Source: an uncultured Gemmatimonadales bacterium (lineage in GTDB: Bacteria; Gemmatimonadota; Gemmatimonadetes; Gemmatimonadales; GWC2-71-9). Taken from it: a stretch of DNA of 64,000 bases. Below are positions 20,990 through 30,697 of this stretch, piece by piece (position 1 is the first letter of the stretch; each line of letters begins with the position of its first letter). The DNA lies in assembly GCA_963795085.1 (NCBI GenBank), contig CAWCFX010000001.1, positions 960,001-1,024,000 of the forward strand, given 5' to 3'. A model generated the notes under the pieces. It was not told where the DNA came from and did no database searches. It worked only from the letters and a program-made list of their open reading frames with translations. Made by a program: the position numbers and the translations under genes.

Positions 20990-21988
20990 ATGAGCATCGA
21001 GCGACTTTCCCAGCGGGACATCGACTCCCTGCTTCGCGGCAGCGAGCCGGACGCGCCCCAGGGCGTGGGCCCCGACGTCGTCCCCTACAACTTCATCCGC
21101 CCGCCCCGGGTCTCCAAGGACCGGCGCACCACCCTGCAGGCGATCTACACCAGCTTCGCGCTCAACGTCCAGGCGCTGCTGTCCTCCCGGCTGCGGTCCC
21201 CGCTCGACGTGGTCGTTTCGTCCATTGAGCAGGCCACCTTCGGCGAGTTCCTGCTGTCGCTGGGCTCGCCCTGCGCGGCCTTCGTCTTCGCCACCGGCGG
21301 CCCGGCGCCCAGCCATGGCGTGCTGGATGTCGGGTCCACGATCTCGGAATACCTGGTGGACCGGCTCTTCGGCGGCCCCGGCGAGCCGACCGCCCAGCGG
21401 CGGCCGCTGACCCAGCTGGAAACGGTGGTGGTCCGGAGCCTGGTGGAGCGGACCATGGTGCTGTTGCGGGAAGCGTGGAAAGATCACCTCCGGATCACCG
21501 GCGATGTGGTCGGCTTCGAGAGCGATCCCGACGCGCTGCAGATCACCAGCCGGGAAGACAACGTCCTCATCACCAATCTCGAGATCCGGGCCGGCACCAT
21601 GCGGGGATTCATGACCGTGTGCCTGCCCATGACCGTGCTGGAACCGTTTCTCCAGGAGGCCGTGGCCGGCCGCCGCACTGCCCGGCCCGGTTCCGAGCTG
21701 GCCGCCTCGCGGGCGCTGGTCAATTCCGGCCTGCAGCATGCCCACCTCTCGGTATCCGCCCGTTTCAGGGAAGTCTGGATGCCGGCCCGCGCGCTGGCCC
21801 AACTGCAGGTCGGCCAGGTGTTGCCGACCCGGCAGACGGTGGATGGCCCGGTCGAGATCCACGTCAACGGCAAGCTCCGCTTTGCCGGGAAGCTGGGCCA
21901 GGTCCGCAAGCGGGTCGCCGTGCACATCACGCAGTCCATTTCCGCTACGTCCCAGGACGGGCGCCATTCCACCAGAAGGGAGAGCTGA
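20990..21988 (+). CDS. fliM: Motor switch FliM
   Basis: LSQRDIDSLL CheY-binding motif, YNFIRP, RPLTQLE. Confidence 0.9.
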   Translation: MSIERLSQRDIDSLLRGSEPDAPQGVGPDVVPYNFIRPPRVSKDRRTTLQAIYTSFALNVQALLSSRLRSPLDVVVSSIEQATFGEFLLSLGSPCAAFVFATGGPAPSHGVLDVGSTISEYLVDRLFGGPGEPTAQRRPLTQLETVVVRSLVERTMVLLREAWKDHLRITGDVVGFESDPDALQITSREDNVLITNLEIRAGTMRGFMTVCLPMTVLEPFLQEAVAGRRTARPGSELAASRALVNSGLQHAHLSVSARFREVWMPARALAQLQVGQVLPTRQTVDGPVEIHVNGKLRFAGKLGQVRKRVAVHITQSISATSQDGRHSTRRES

Positions 21989-21991
21989 ACC

Positions 21992-22300
21992 GTGAGCCGG
22001 CAGGAATCCGTGGCACCCGAAACCAATGGCGGTACCCAGGTCACACCGTCGCTGGAAGCGTTGTTTGATGTCTCCATGCCCATGATCATCGAATTCGGCC
22101 GCGCCAGCATGACGGTGCAGGAGCTGCTCCAGCTGGGCACCGGGTCGGTGATCCAGCTCGATCGCATGGTGGGCGAGCCGGTGGATATCTACGTGAGCGA
22201 CCGGCGGCTCGCCCAGGGCGAGGTCGTGGTGATCGGCGAGTACTTCGGCATCCGGATCACCCGGATCCTGAGCGGCCCCGGCCAGGAAAGCGCGGCCTGA
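21992..22300 (+). CDS. fliN: FliN
   Basis: GEPVDIYV, GEVVVIGEYFGIRIT. Confidence 0.9.
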   Translation: MSRQESVAPETNGGTQVTPSLEALFDVSMPMIIEFGRASMTVQELLQLGTGSVIQLDRMVGEPVDIYVSDRRLAQGEVVVIGEYFGIRITRILSGPGQESAA

Positions 22301-22301
22301 G

Positions 22302-23423
22302 ATGCTGGGTAGTGCTTTCAGCCTGCTGGGCGCGCTCGCGGTAACCATCGGGCTGCTGATGCTGGCCATGCGGCTCCTCAAGCGGCTCCAGCAGCAGCAG
22401 TCGGGGGCCGGGAACGGGCCGGCTCGTCTCCAGCTGTTGCAGCGGCTCGCGGTGGGGCCCAAGCAGGGCGTCGGCCTGTTGCGGGTGGGGGACCGGGTGC
22501 TGGTGATCTCGATCTCCGAGCAGGGCAGCCGGATGCTGACGGAACTGGACGGCCCGGAGCGGGAGGCGGCGCTGGCCCCGGCCCCGGCCGAGCTGCCCTC
22601 GGTCGCCATGTTCCGGAAGGTTCCCATGCTGGCCCGGCTCTTCAGCCTGGCCGCCCTGTTGGTGCTGCTGCTGCCGGCGACGGGCCATGCCCAGCGGGTC
22701 GCGGCGCCCCAGGTGACTGCGCCTTCCGCGCCCTCGGTCTCCGCGCCCGGACTGCCCCAGGTTGACATCAAGGTGGGCGAGGGCGCCAACGCGCTCCGGC
22801 TCTCCGGCGCCGTGAGCCTGGTGGTGTTCATGGGCGTGCTGACCCTGCTGCCCGCCGTCTTTCTGCTGATGACCAGCTTTACCCGGATCCTGATCGTGCT
22901 CCACTTCCTCCGCTCGGCGCTGGGCACCCAGACGACACCACCCGGCCAACTGCTCGTGGCCATCGCGGTGCTGCTCACCGGCGTGGTGATGAACCCGGTG
23001 CTCCAGGAGACCAACCGGACCGCGGTCCAGCCCTACTTCAACGGGACCCTGGCCCAGGCGGACGCCTACAAGGGCGCCCTCAAGCCGTTCCGCGAGTTCA
23101 TGCTGGCCAACACCCGGGAACAGGATATCTCCCTGTTCGCCGACCTCACCCGGGGCGACCCGGTGGAAACGGTCGAGGACCTCCCTACGGTCACCATCGT
23201 GTCGGCGTTCGTCACCAGCGAGCTGCGGACCGCCTTCCAGATGGGCTTCGTCATCTTTCTCCCCTTCGTGGTGGTGGACCTCATCGTGGCCTCGGTGCTC
23301 ACCAGCCTCGGCATGTTCATGCTGCCGCCGGTGATGATCTCGCTCCCGTTCAAGCTGCTGCTCTTCGTGCTGGCCGACGGATGGACGCTGGTGGTCCAGA
23401 ACCTCGTCGCGAGTTTCCGCTGA
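22302..23423 (+). CDS. fliP: FliO-FliP fusion
   Basis: aa 1-100 FliO-like (TM, LAVGPKQGVGLLRVG); then signal peptide; then FliP (MTSFTRILIV, AFVTSEL, MLPPVMISLPFK). Confidence 0.85.
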   Translation: MLGSAFSLLGALAVTIGLLMLAMRLLKRLQQQQSGAGNGPARLQLLQRLAVGPKQGVGLLRVGDRVLVISISEQGSRMLTELDGPEREAALAPAPAELPSVAMFRKVPMLARLFSLAALLVLLLPATGHAQRVAAPQVTAPSAPSVSAPGLPQVDIKVGEGANALRLSGAVSLVVFMGVLTLLPAVFLLMTSFTRILIVLHFLRSALGTQTTPPGQLLVAIAVLLTGVVMNPVLQETNRTAVQPYFNGTLAQADAYKGALKPFREFMLANTREQDISLFADLTRGDPVETVEDLPTVTIVSAFVTSELRTAFQMGFVIFLPFVVVDLIVASVLTSLGMFMLPPVMISLPFKLLLFVLADGWTLVVQNLVASFR

Positions 23424-23692
23424 TGTCCGCGACCCTGGCCCTCGAGCTGGTCCGCCGCGCGGTCCTGATCTGCCTGCTGGTGTCGGCTCCGCTGCTGGTG
23501 ACCGCGCTGGTGACCGGCGTCATCATGAGCCTGATCCAGGCGATCACCCAGGTCCAGGAACAGAGCTTGACCTTCGTGCCCAAGCTCCTGCTGATGGCGC
23601 TGGTGCTGCTGCTCACGCTGCCCTGGATGCTGAGCCAGCTGATGGAGTATCTCGTCGGCATCCTCCGCAGCCTCCCCGCGCTGGCCGCCTGA
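23423..23692 (+). CDS. fliQ: FliQ
   Basis: QAITQVQEQSLTFVPK. Confidence 0.9.
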   Translation: MSATLALELVRRAVLICLLVSAPLLVTALVTGVIMSLIQAITQVQEQSLTFVPKLLLMALVLLLTLPWMLSQLMEYLVGILRSLPALAA

Positions 23693-24495
23693 TGCCGGAC
23701 TACTTCGCCCAGGCCTTCTCCCCCGAGCGCTGGCCCATCTTCGTGCTGATCAGCGCGCGGGTCGGCGGTCTCATGCTGAGCGCGCCGCTCTGGTCCATGA
23801 GCGCGCTGCCCGGGCGGGCCCGGTCGGCGCTGACCGTGCTGCTGACTCTCCTGCTGCTGCCGCTGGCCCCCCAGGTGGCGATCCCCGAGCAGATCCTGGA
23901 TATCCCGCTGCCCATGGTGATGGAACTGCTGGTCGGACTCGCCATCGGCCTGACGGCGGCGGTGCTGGTCCAGGGCGTCGCCCTGGCGGGCGAAGTCCTC
24001 TCGCTGCAGATGAGCCTGTCCCTCGGCCCGGTGCTGGCGCCGATGCCCGACGTGCAGGTCTCCGGGCTGGGCCAGCTCAAGACGTTCTTCGCGCTGCTGC
24101 TCTATGTCACGGTCGGCGGCCATACCATGCTGCTCCAGGGCCTGGCCGGGAGCCTCCGGCAGCTGCCCCCCGGCATGCCGATGAGCCTCGACGCCGGCGC
24201 CATCGGCGCCACCGCGGTCATGGGGACGGTGTTCACCGTCGCGGCCCGCGCCGCCGGCCCGATCATGGTGGCCCTGCTGATCACCAACGTGGCGCTGGCC
24301 ATTCTCAGCCGCGCGGTGCCCCAGTTGAACGCCATGATGGTCGCGTTTCCGATCACCATCTCCGTCGGCCTGGTGATGTTCGGCATCTCGCTCGACCTGC
24401 TGGGCGCGTCGATCATGGGCTGGATGGTCCGGCTTCCCGGGGACGTCCAGCATGTGCTGGACGGGTTCCAGGTCGTGGGAGGCGCCCCGCGATGA
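23692..24495 (+). CDS. fliR: FliR
   Basis: Hydrophobic; RAVPQLN; position fliQ-fliR-flhB. Confidence 0.9.
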   Translation: MPDYFAQAFSPERWPIFVLISARVGGLMLSAPLWSMSALPGRARSALTVLLTLLLLPLAPQVAIPEQILDIPLPMVMELLVGLAIGLTAAVLVQGVALAGEVLSLQMSLSLGPVLAPMPDVQVSGLGQLKTFFALLLYVTVGGHTMLLQGLAGSLRQLPPGMPMSLDAGAIGATAVMGTVFTVAARAAGPIMVALLITNVALAILSRAVPQLNAMMVAFPITISVGLVMFGISLDLLGASIMGWMVRLPGDVQHVLDGFQVVGGAPR

Positions 24496-25601
24496 GCCAG
24501 GAAAACCAGAGTTCCGAGGACAAGACCGAAGCCCCTACACCGCGCCGGCGGAAACAGGCGCGGGACGAAGGCAAGATCGCCCGGAGTCCCGAGCTGGCGG
24601 CCGCCGCCCTGCTGCTGACCGGCACCGGCATCCTGTCGGTGAGCGGCGGGGGCGGGCTGGGTTCCTTCGTGTCGGAGATGTTCCGGGTTTCGGCCAGCCG
24701 GCTCAGTTCGGACCCGATGACCGCCGCCGGCGCGCTGGACCTGCTGCGCCGGATGGGCGCCGGGATGCTGCTGGCCCTGTTGCCCCTGCTGGCGGGGATC
24801 GTGGTCGTCGCCACCTTCGCGGGCCTGGTGCAGACCCGGGGCGGCGTTTCGTTCCAGGTGCTGGAACCCAAGCTCTCCCGGCTCAACCCGCTCTCCGGCC
24901 TCCGGAAGATCTTCGGGCTGGATGCCGTGGTGACCCTGGTCAAGGCCGTCGCCAAGATTGCGGTCCTGGCCGCCATCACCTACGCGGTGCTCTCTCACGC
25001 CTGGCCCCAGTTCGTCCGGCTGGCCGAATCCGGCCCGGTGGCGGTGCTGGCCACCATGCGTTCCGAAGTGCTCCGGCTGACCATCGCCACCGGTATCGCC
25101 TTTCTCGCCATCGCCATGCTGGATTATGGCGTGGCGCTCTACCGGCACGAGAAGAGCCTCAAGATGACCCGGCCCGAAGTGGTCCGTGAGCACCGCGAGA
25201 ACGAAGGCGACCCGCTCATGAAGAGCCGGATCCAGGCGCTGGGCCGCTCCCGTGCCCGCCACCGGATGATGCAGCAGGTGGCGACCGCCGACGTGGTCAT
25301 CGTCAACCCGACCCACATCGCGATCGCCCTGCGCTACGACATCAGCGTGGCGGCCGCCCCGGTGGTGGTGGCCATGGGCGAGCGGAAGCTGGCCGAGCGG
25401 ATCAAGGCCCTCGCCCTCAAGAGCAAGGTGACCATCGTGGAGAACAAGCCGGTTGCCCGGGCCCTGCTGGCCACCGCCGTGGTGGGCCGGCCGATTCCCT
25501 CGGCGCTGTACACCGCGGTCGCGGAAATCCTGGCCTACGTCTATCGCCGCCGCGCCGGGCTTCCGGCTCTGCTGCCGCGCATCGCGGGTGACCTGCGATG
25601 A
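24492..25601 (+). CDS. flhB: FlhB
   Basis: KTEAPT, ENEGDP, NPTH autocleavage motif. Confidence 0.95.
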   Translation: MSQENQSSEDKTEAPTPRRRKQARDEGKIARSPELAAAALLLTGTGILSVSGGGGLGSFVSEMFRVSASRLSSDPMTAAGALDLLRRMGAGMLLALLPLLAGIVVVATFAGLVQTRGGVSFQVLEPKLSRLNPLSGLRKIFGLDAVVTLVKAVAKIAVLAAITYAVLSHAWPQFVRLAESGPVAVLATMRSEVLRLTIATGIAFLAIAMLDYGVALYRHEKSLKMTRPEVVREHRENEGDPLMKSRIQALGRSRARHRMMQQVATADVVIVNPTHIAIALRYDISVAAAPVVVAMGERKLAERIKALALKSKVTIVENKPVARALLATAVVGRPIPSALYTAVAEILAYVYRRRAGLPALLPRIAGDLR

Positions 25602-27754
25602 CCGCCGTCGCCACGACCACCTCCGCCACCGCGGTGCGGGCGCCGGTGACCGGCGGGGCCACCCCGCCCGTCGGGGCCCGTTCCCGGGGCGCTCCCCCGG
25701 CCGGCGGCCCCCGGCGAGTGTCGGCCAATGCGGAAACCCTGCTGGCCATCGGTGTCGTCATCGTGGTGGCGCTGCTGGTCATGCCGCTGCCGGCGTTCAT
25801 GCTGGACGCCCTGCTGGCCCTCAGCATCGCCCTGTCGATCATCATCCTGCTGGTCTCCCTCTCCTGCCGGGACCCGCTGGAGTTCAGCATCTTCCCCAGC
25901 CTGCTGCTGCTGATCACCCTGCTTCGGCTGGGGCTCAACGTGAGCAGCACCCGGCTCATCCTCAGCACCGGCAAGGCCGGCGACGTCATCGCCGCCTTCG
26001 GCGATTTCGTGATCGGCGGCAACTACGTCGTGGGGCTGGTGATCTTTCTCATCCTGGTGGTCATCAACTTCACCGTCATCACCAAGGGCGCCGGCCGGAT
26101 CGCGGAAGTGGCCGCGCGGTTCACCCTCGATGCCATGCCGGGGCGGCAGATGAGCATCGATGCCGACCTGAGCGCCGGGCTGATCGATGAGACCGAGGCC
26201 CGCCGCCGCCGGGAAGAGATCAGCCGCTACGCCGATTTCTACGGCTCCATGGACGGCGCCGCGAAGTTCGTCCGCGGCGATGCGGTCGCCGGGCTCATCA
26301 TCACGGCCATCAACCTGGTGGGCGGATTCATCATCGGGATGACCCAGCACGGGATGAGCGCCGGCGAGAGCATCAGCACCTTCACCGCGCTCTCCGTCGG
26401 CGACGGCCTGGTCACCCAGATCCCGGCCCTGGTCGTGAGCACGGCCGCCGGCATGCTGGTGACCTACGGGACCGCCGGCGTCTCGATGGCGCCCTCGCTG
26501 GCGGCCCAGCTCAGCCGGGACCCCCGGGCCATCTGGACCGCCTCCGGCATGCTGGCCATCTTCGCGGTGGTCCCCGGCCTGCCCGCGGTTCCGTTCCTCG
26601 TGCTGGCCGGCGGCACCGCCATCATCGCCTACCGGTCCGGCCGCCGGGATGCCCGGCCCGTCGAAGTGCTGGAGCTGCCCACCCCGGAAGAAGCCAATCC
26701 CAATGCCGCGCCGGCGGTGCGTGAGATCGTCGCGGTGGACCCCCTCGAACTCGAAGTCGGCTATGCGCTGGTGCCCCTGGTGGGCGACCGCCAGAGCGGC
26801 GACCTGCTGCAGCGGATCGGGTTGTTGCGGAAACAGCTGGCGTTCGAGATGGGCCTCATCATTCCGCCGGCCCGGATCCGTGACAACATCCAGCTGCCGG
26901 CCAACGAGTACGTGATCAAGCTGCGGGGCGCCCGGGTCGCGAGCGGCGAGATTTTTCCGCGCCAGCTCCTCGCGCTCAATACCACCGGCACCGCAGCGCG
27001 GCTGGACGGCGTCCAGACCGAGGACCCCTGCTTCGGCATTCCCGCCGTGTGGATCAGCCCCGCCCAGCGGGGCGAAGCGGAGGCCGCCGGCTACAACGTG
27101 GTGGAGCCGCAGGCCGTGCTCTCCACCCACCTGATGGACACCATCCGCGAGCACGCGGCCGACCTGCTGAGCCGCCAGAACACCCGGGAACTGCTCGACG
27201 GGCTCAAGGAGACCCATCCGGCGCTGGTCGAGGACGTGGTCCCCAACAAGCTCTCCCTCGGCACGGTGCAGCGGGTGCTGCAGCGGCTGCTCCGGGAGGG
27301 CGTGCCGGTCCGCGACCTGGTCACCATTCTCGAAGCGCTCTCCGATGCCGCGGAACAGACCAAGGACCCCGAGGCGCTGACCGAGCACGTGCGCCGCGCC
27401 TTGTCCTCCGTGCTGGTGCAGATGCTGGGCGGCGGGCCGGTGCGCGCCATCACCGTGGGGCCCCGCCTGGAAGCCGCCCTGATGCAGCTCTACAGCCCCC
27501 GGGTCCGGGAAGGCCAGCGCACCCTCGACTCCGCCGAGCTGAGCGCGATGCTCGAATCCATCGGCCGCCTGGCGCTCGACGGCAAGTGCGACGGCCGGCT
27601 GCCTCCGCTCATCGCACCGCCCGCGCTCCGGGTCGGCATCCGCCGCCTGCTGGAGCCGATTCTTCCCCGCCTGCCGGTGATTTCGCTGGCGGAGCTGCCC
27701 ACTCAAACCCCGATTCAGCCGATTTCCTGCTGGGAGCTGCCCCATGCCGCTTGA
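25598..27754 (+). CDS. flhA: FlhA
   Basis: RIAEVAARFTLDAMPGRQMSIDADL, FYGSMDGAAKFVRGDA. Confidence 0.95.
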   Translation: MTAVATTTSATAVRAPVTGGATPPVGARSRGAPPAGGPRRVSANAETLLAIGVVIVVALLVMPLPAFMLDALLALSIALSIIILLVSLSCRDPLEFSIFPSLLLLITLLRLGLNVSSTRLILSTGKAGDVIAAFGDFVIGGNYVVGLVIFLILVVINFTVITKGAGRIAEVAARFTLDAMPGRQMSIDADLSAGLIDETEARRRREEISRYADFYGSMDGAAKFVRGDAVAGLIITAINLVGGFIIGMTQHGMSAGESISTFTALSVGDGLVTQIPALVVSTAAGMLVTYGTAGVSMAPSLAAQLSRDPRAIWTASGMLAIFAVVPGLPAVPFLVLAGGTAIIAYRSGRRDARPVEVLELPTPEEANPNAAPAVREIVAVDPLELEVGYALVPLVGDRQSGDLLQRIGLLRKQLAFEMGLIIPPARIRDNIQLPANEYVIKLRGARVASGEIFPRQLLALNTTGTAARLDGVQTEDPCFGIPAVWISPAQRGEAEAAGYNVVEPQAVLSTHLMDTIREHAADLLSRQNTRELLDGLKETHPALVEDVVPNKLSLGTVQRVLQRLLREGVPVRDLVTILEALSDAAEQTKDPEALTEHVRRALSSVLVQMLGGGPVRAITVGPRLEAALMQLYSPRVREGQRTLDSAELSAMLESIGRLALDGKCDGRLPPLIAPPALRVGIRRLLEPILPRLPVISLAELPTQTPIQPISCWELPHAA

Positions 27755-28583
27755 AACGCTTACTGGGACCGACATGCAGGGCCTCCTGGCCCTCGCACAG
27801 CAACGCCTTGGCCCCGAGGCCATGGTCCTCTCCGCGCGGAAGACCGCGCGGGGCTTTGAGCTGGTGGCCACCGACACGCCGCCCGCCGAGCCGGCGCGCC
27901 CCGCCAGCCGCCCGATGGACCCGGCGCTGACCAGCCTGCGGCCCCGGCTGGCCGCCCGGGCCGGACGGGAAGGCCGGCCACCGTTCATCCTCGCCGCGGT
28001 GGGTCCCACCGGTGCCGGCAAGACGACGACGCTGGCCAAACTGGCGACCCATCCCCAGGTCTTCGGAGGCGTGCGGACCGGGCTGCTCTGTCTCGACACC
28101 TACCGGGTGGGCGCGCTGGAACAGTCGGCCCAGTACGCCGAGATCGCCCGGCTCCCCCTGCAGGTGGTGTACGAGCCCGCCGACATCCGGCCCGCGCTGC
28201 GCCGCATGGAGGACTGCGATGTCATCCTGGTGGATACCGCGGGCCGGGGCCCCGGGCGCGGCGCCGATATCGAAACCACCCGCACCCTGCTCCGGCAGCT
28301 GCGGCCCAATGAGGTCCACCTCGTCCTTCCCGCCGGCATGCAGCGCGCCGCGGTGCAGCGGCTGATGAACGATTACAGTGTCCGCGGCATGACCCACGTG
28401 CTGGCGACCAAGCTGGACGAATACCCGGAAGAGAACGAGATCTTCAGCCTGGCCCGGGCGGCCCATCTGCCGATGCGCTGGATGACCGATGGACAGGACG
28501 TGCCGGCCGACCTGCGCTCCCCCGCCGACCGGCTCCTCAACCTGCCGCTGCCGGCCACCGCGCGCCGGGCGGGAGCGGCATGA
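27744..28583 (+). CDS. flhF: SRP-type GTPase FlhF
   Basis: GPTGAGKTTTLAKLA, DTYRVGA, DTAG, TKLDE, GQDVP. Confidence 0.9.
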   Translation: MPLETLTGTDMQGLLALAQQRLGPEAMVLSARKTARGFELVATDTPPAEPARPASRPMDPALTSLRPRLAARAGREGRPPFILAAVGPTGAGKTTTLAKLATHPQVFGGVRTGLLCLDTYRVGALEQSAQYAEIARLPLQVVYEPADIRPALRRMEDCDVILVDTAGRGPGRGADIETTRTLLRQLRPNEVHLVLPAGMQRAAVQRLMNDYSVRGMTHVLATKLDEYPEENEIFSLARAAHLPMRWMTDGQDVPADLRSPADRLLNLPLPATARRAGAA

Positions 28584-29392
28584 ACGACCAGGCTGCGACG
28601 CTCCGCGCCATGATGATGGCGGCGCCCCGTCCCCAGGCCCCCGGGGATACGCCCGGCTGCCCGGTGCTGGTCGTGGCCAGCGGCAAAGGCGGCGCCGGCA
28701 AATCGGTGGTTGCCATCCTGCTGGCCTGCGCGCTGGCGCGCAGTGGCAAGCGGGTGCTGCTCCTCGACGGGGCTCAGAACCAGGGCAATCTCCACATCCT
28801 CACCGGGGTTCGCCCCCGCGGCCAGCTGGCGGCGCTGGTCCGCGGCGACAGCGGTGCCCGCGACCTGGTGACGCCGGTGATGGACAACCTCTGGCTGCTG
28901 CCGGGCGATTCCGGCGCCGAGGAGATGCACAGCCTCACCGCGACCGACCGGGCCCGGCTGCATCACCGGCTGGCCCAGCTCTACGACGAGTATGACGCGG
29001 TGGTCGTGGACGCGGGGCCGGGCATCGAGAGCGGGGTCCGGGCCGCGGCGATCCGGGCGACCCACCTCGTCGTGGTGGCGACGCCGGAGCCGGCGGCACT
29101 GAGCGACGCCTATGCCCTGATCAAGTTGGTGAACCTGCAGGTGCCGGGGCTCGATATCGGCGTCCTGGCCAACCGGACCAGCGGGCCGGCCGATGCGCAA
29201 CACGTCTTCGACGGCCTCCGGGTCGCGGCCAGCCGGTTCCTGCGCCGCGATCTCCGGTCGCTGGGCGCACTGGCCGAGGACCCGGCCGTGCGCAACGGCG
29301 TACTGCGCCCGCCCGCGCTGCTTCAGTACCAGGCCGCCGAGGTGGACGGCATCGCCCAGCGGCTGTTCGCCCTGGAGCCCGCCAATGGCTGA
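28580..29392 (+). CDS. flhG: MinD-like FlhG/FleN
   Basis: N-terminal DQAATLR, SGKGGAGKS, TPEPAALSDAYALIK. Confidence 0.85.
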   Translation: MNDQAATLRAMMMAAPRPQAPGDTPGCPVLVVASGKGGAGKSVVAILLACALARSGKRVLLLDGAQNQGNLHILTGVRPRGQLAALVRGDSGARDLVTPVMDNLWLLPGDSGAEEMHSLTATDRARLHHRLAQLYDEYDAVVVDAGPGIESGVRAAAIRATHLVVVATPEPAALSDAYALIKLVNLQVPGLDIGVLANRTSGPADAQHVFDGLRVAASRFLRRDLRSLGALAEDPAVRNGVLRPPALLQYQAAEVDGIAQRLFALEPANG

Positions 29393-30179
29393 CACCCAGA
29401 CCGTGGCAGCCACCACCGCCTCGGCTCACCGGGGCAGCGCCGGCCTCTGGGCCCGCTATCGCAGCACCGGTGATCCCGATGCGCGGCGGCAGCTGCTGGA
29501 AAACAATCTCGGGCTGGTGCACTACTGCACCAACGAGATGGCCATGCGGCTCCGCGACCGCGCCGCCTTCGACGAGCTGCTCGGCGCCGCCACGCTGGGG
29601 CTGGTGAGCGCGGTGGAAGGGTTCGATCCCGAGCGCGGGCTCGCGTTCAGCAGCTACGCGACCCCCCGAATCCGCGGCGCCATCCTGGACGAATTGCGGC
29701 GGCAGGAATGGCGGCCCCGGCGGACCCGCGCCCGGCAGACCGAGCTGGCCCGCACCCGGGAGAGCCTGTCCCAGCAGCTGGGCCGGGCCCCGCGCCCCGT
29801 CGAGGTCGCGGAAGCAATGGGGATTGATCTCCCCACGTTCTACAGCTGGAGTGACCGCACCGCGATGCAGCAGGTGCCGCTCGATGCGCCGGCGGACCGG
29901 GATGGCGCCCGGCATTCGCTCGAGGAAACCCTCGGCGATCCCGAGCCGACCGACCTGTTCGAACATCTCGACAGCGCCGACCGGCTCCTGATGCTGCGGG
30001 AAGCGCTGGCCTCGCTGCCCGAGCGGGAGCGGCTGGTGCTGTCGCTGTCTTATTACGAAAACGTCAACCTCAAGCAGATCGGCGAACTCCTGCACATCAC
30101 GGAGTCGCGGGTCTCCCAGATCCGGACCCGGGCGCTCAAGCGCCTGCGGGAGCGGATCGGAGCACGGGAGGATCTATGA
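29385..30179 (+). CDS. fliA: sigma28 FliA/WhiG-family sigma factor
   Basis: RIRGAILDELR, LSYYE..NLKQIG, TESRVSQI. Confidence 0.9.
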   Translation: MADTQTVAATTASAHRGSAGLWARYRSTGDPDARRQLLENNLGLVHYCTNEMAMRLRDRAAFDELLGAATLGLVSAVEGFDPERGLAFSSYATPRIRGAILDELRRQEWRPRRTRARQTELARTRESLSQQLGRAPRPVEVAEAMGIDLPTFYSWSDRTAMQQVPLDAPADRDGARHSLEETLGDPEPTDLFEHLDSADRLLMLREALASLPERERLVLSLSYYENVNLKQIGELLHITESRVSQIRTRALKRLRERIGAREDL

Positions 30180-30604
30180 AGCGCTCGACCTGGTGGATGG
30201 TGGTGGCGGCCCTCGCGGTCCTGGTGGCGTCCAGCGTGGTGCCGGCGGTATGGCCCGCGTTCAGGGACTCGGCGGATTTTCTGCTGGGCGCCGCGGCCAA
30301 CCGGCCTGTCGAACTGACCGACCAGGACCTGGCGGCGCTGGTGGCGGCGCACCTGGCCATGCTGCTCCTGACCGGGCGTCAGCGAGTCAGGCGGGAACCC
30401 CGGAGCCAGCCGGCTCCGGGCCCCGACGTGGCCCGCGAAGCCCGGCGGCAGCGGACGTCCCGCGATGCCCTGCGGCTCATGCAGGTGTCGGGCGGACGGG
30501 CGCCGAGACGGAATCTTTTTCCGGTGCGGCAAACTTCGCCGTCCCGGCCGGCGGCGTCGGATGCGTGGCGCATGCAGTCAAGTGCCGGTCCTGCAGCCAG
30601 TTAA
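30176..30604 (+). CDS. Hypothetical membrane protein
   Basis: ATGA-coupled to fliA, GGAGG RBS, hydrophobic N-terminus. Confidence 0.5.
   Translation: MKRSTWWMVVAALAVLVASSVVPAVWPAFRDSADFLLGAAANRPVELTDQDLAALVAAHLAMLLLTGRQRVRREPRSQPAPGPDVAREARRQRTSRDALRLMQVSGGRAPRRNLFPVRQTSPSRPAASDAWRMQSSAGPAAS
30510..30540. promoter_or_regulatory. Paired enhancer-like sites upstream of flgF
   Basis: GGAAtctttTTCC and GGCAaacttCGCC, 18 bp apart. Confidence 0.5.
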
Positions 30605-30629
30605 GGTGACGGTCCCGGGGAAGGCGTTC

Positions 30630-30644
30630 AGGCACAGCGATTGC
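30630..30644 (+). promoter_or_regulatory. sigma54 promoter of flgF operon
   Basis: AGGCACAGCGATTGC (GG-N10-GC). Confidence 0.7.
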
Positions 30645-30697
30645 CCTTGGGGGTTGATGGACCCCCTGGATGGATTCACGCAGGAGACTCGACCGAT

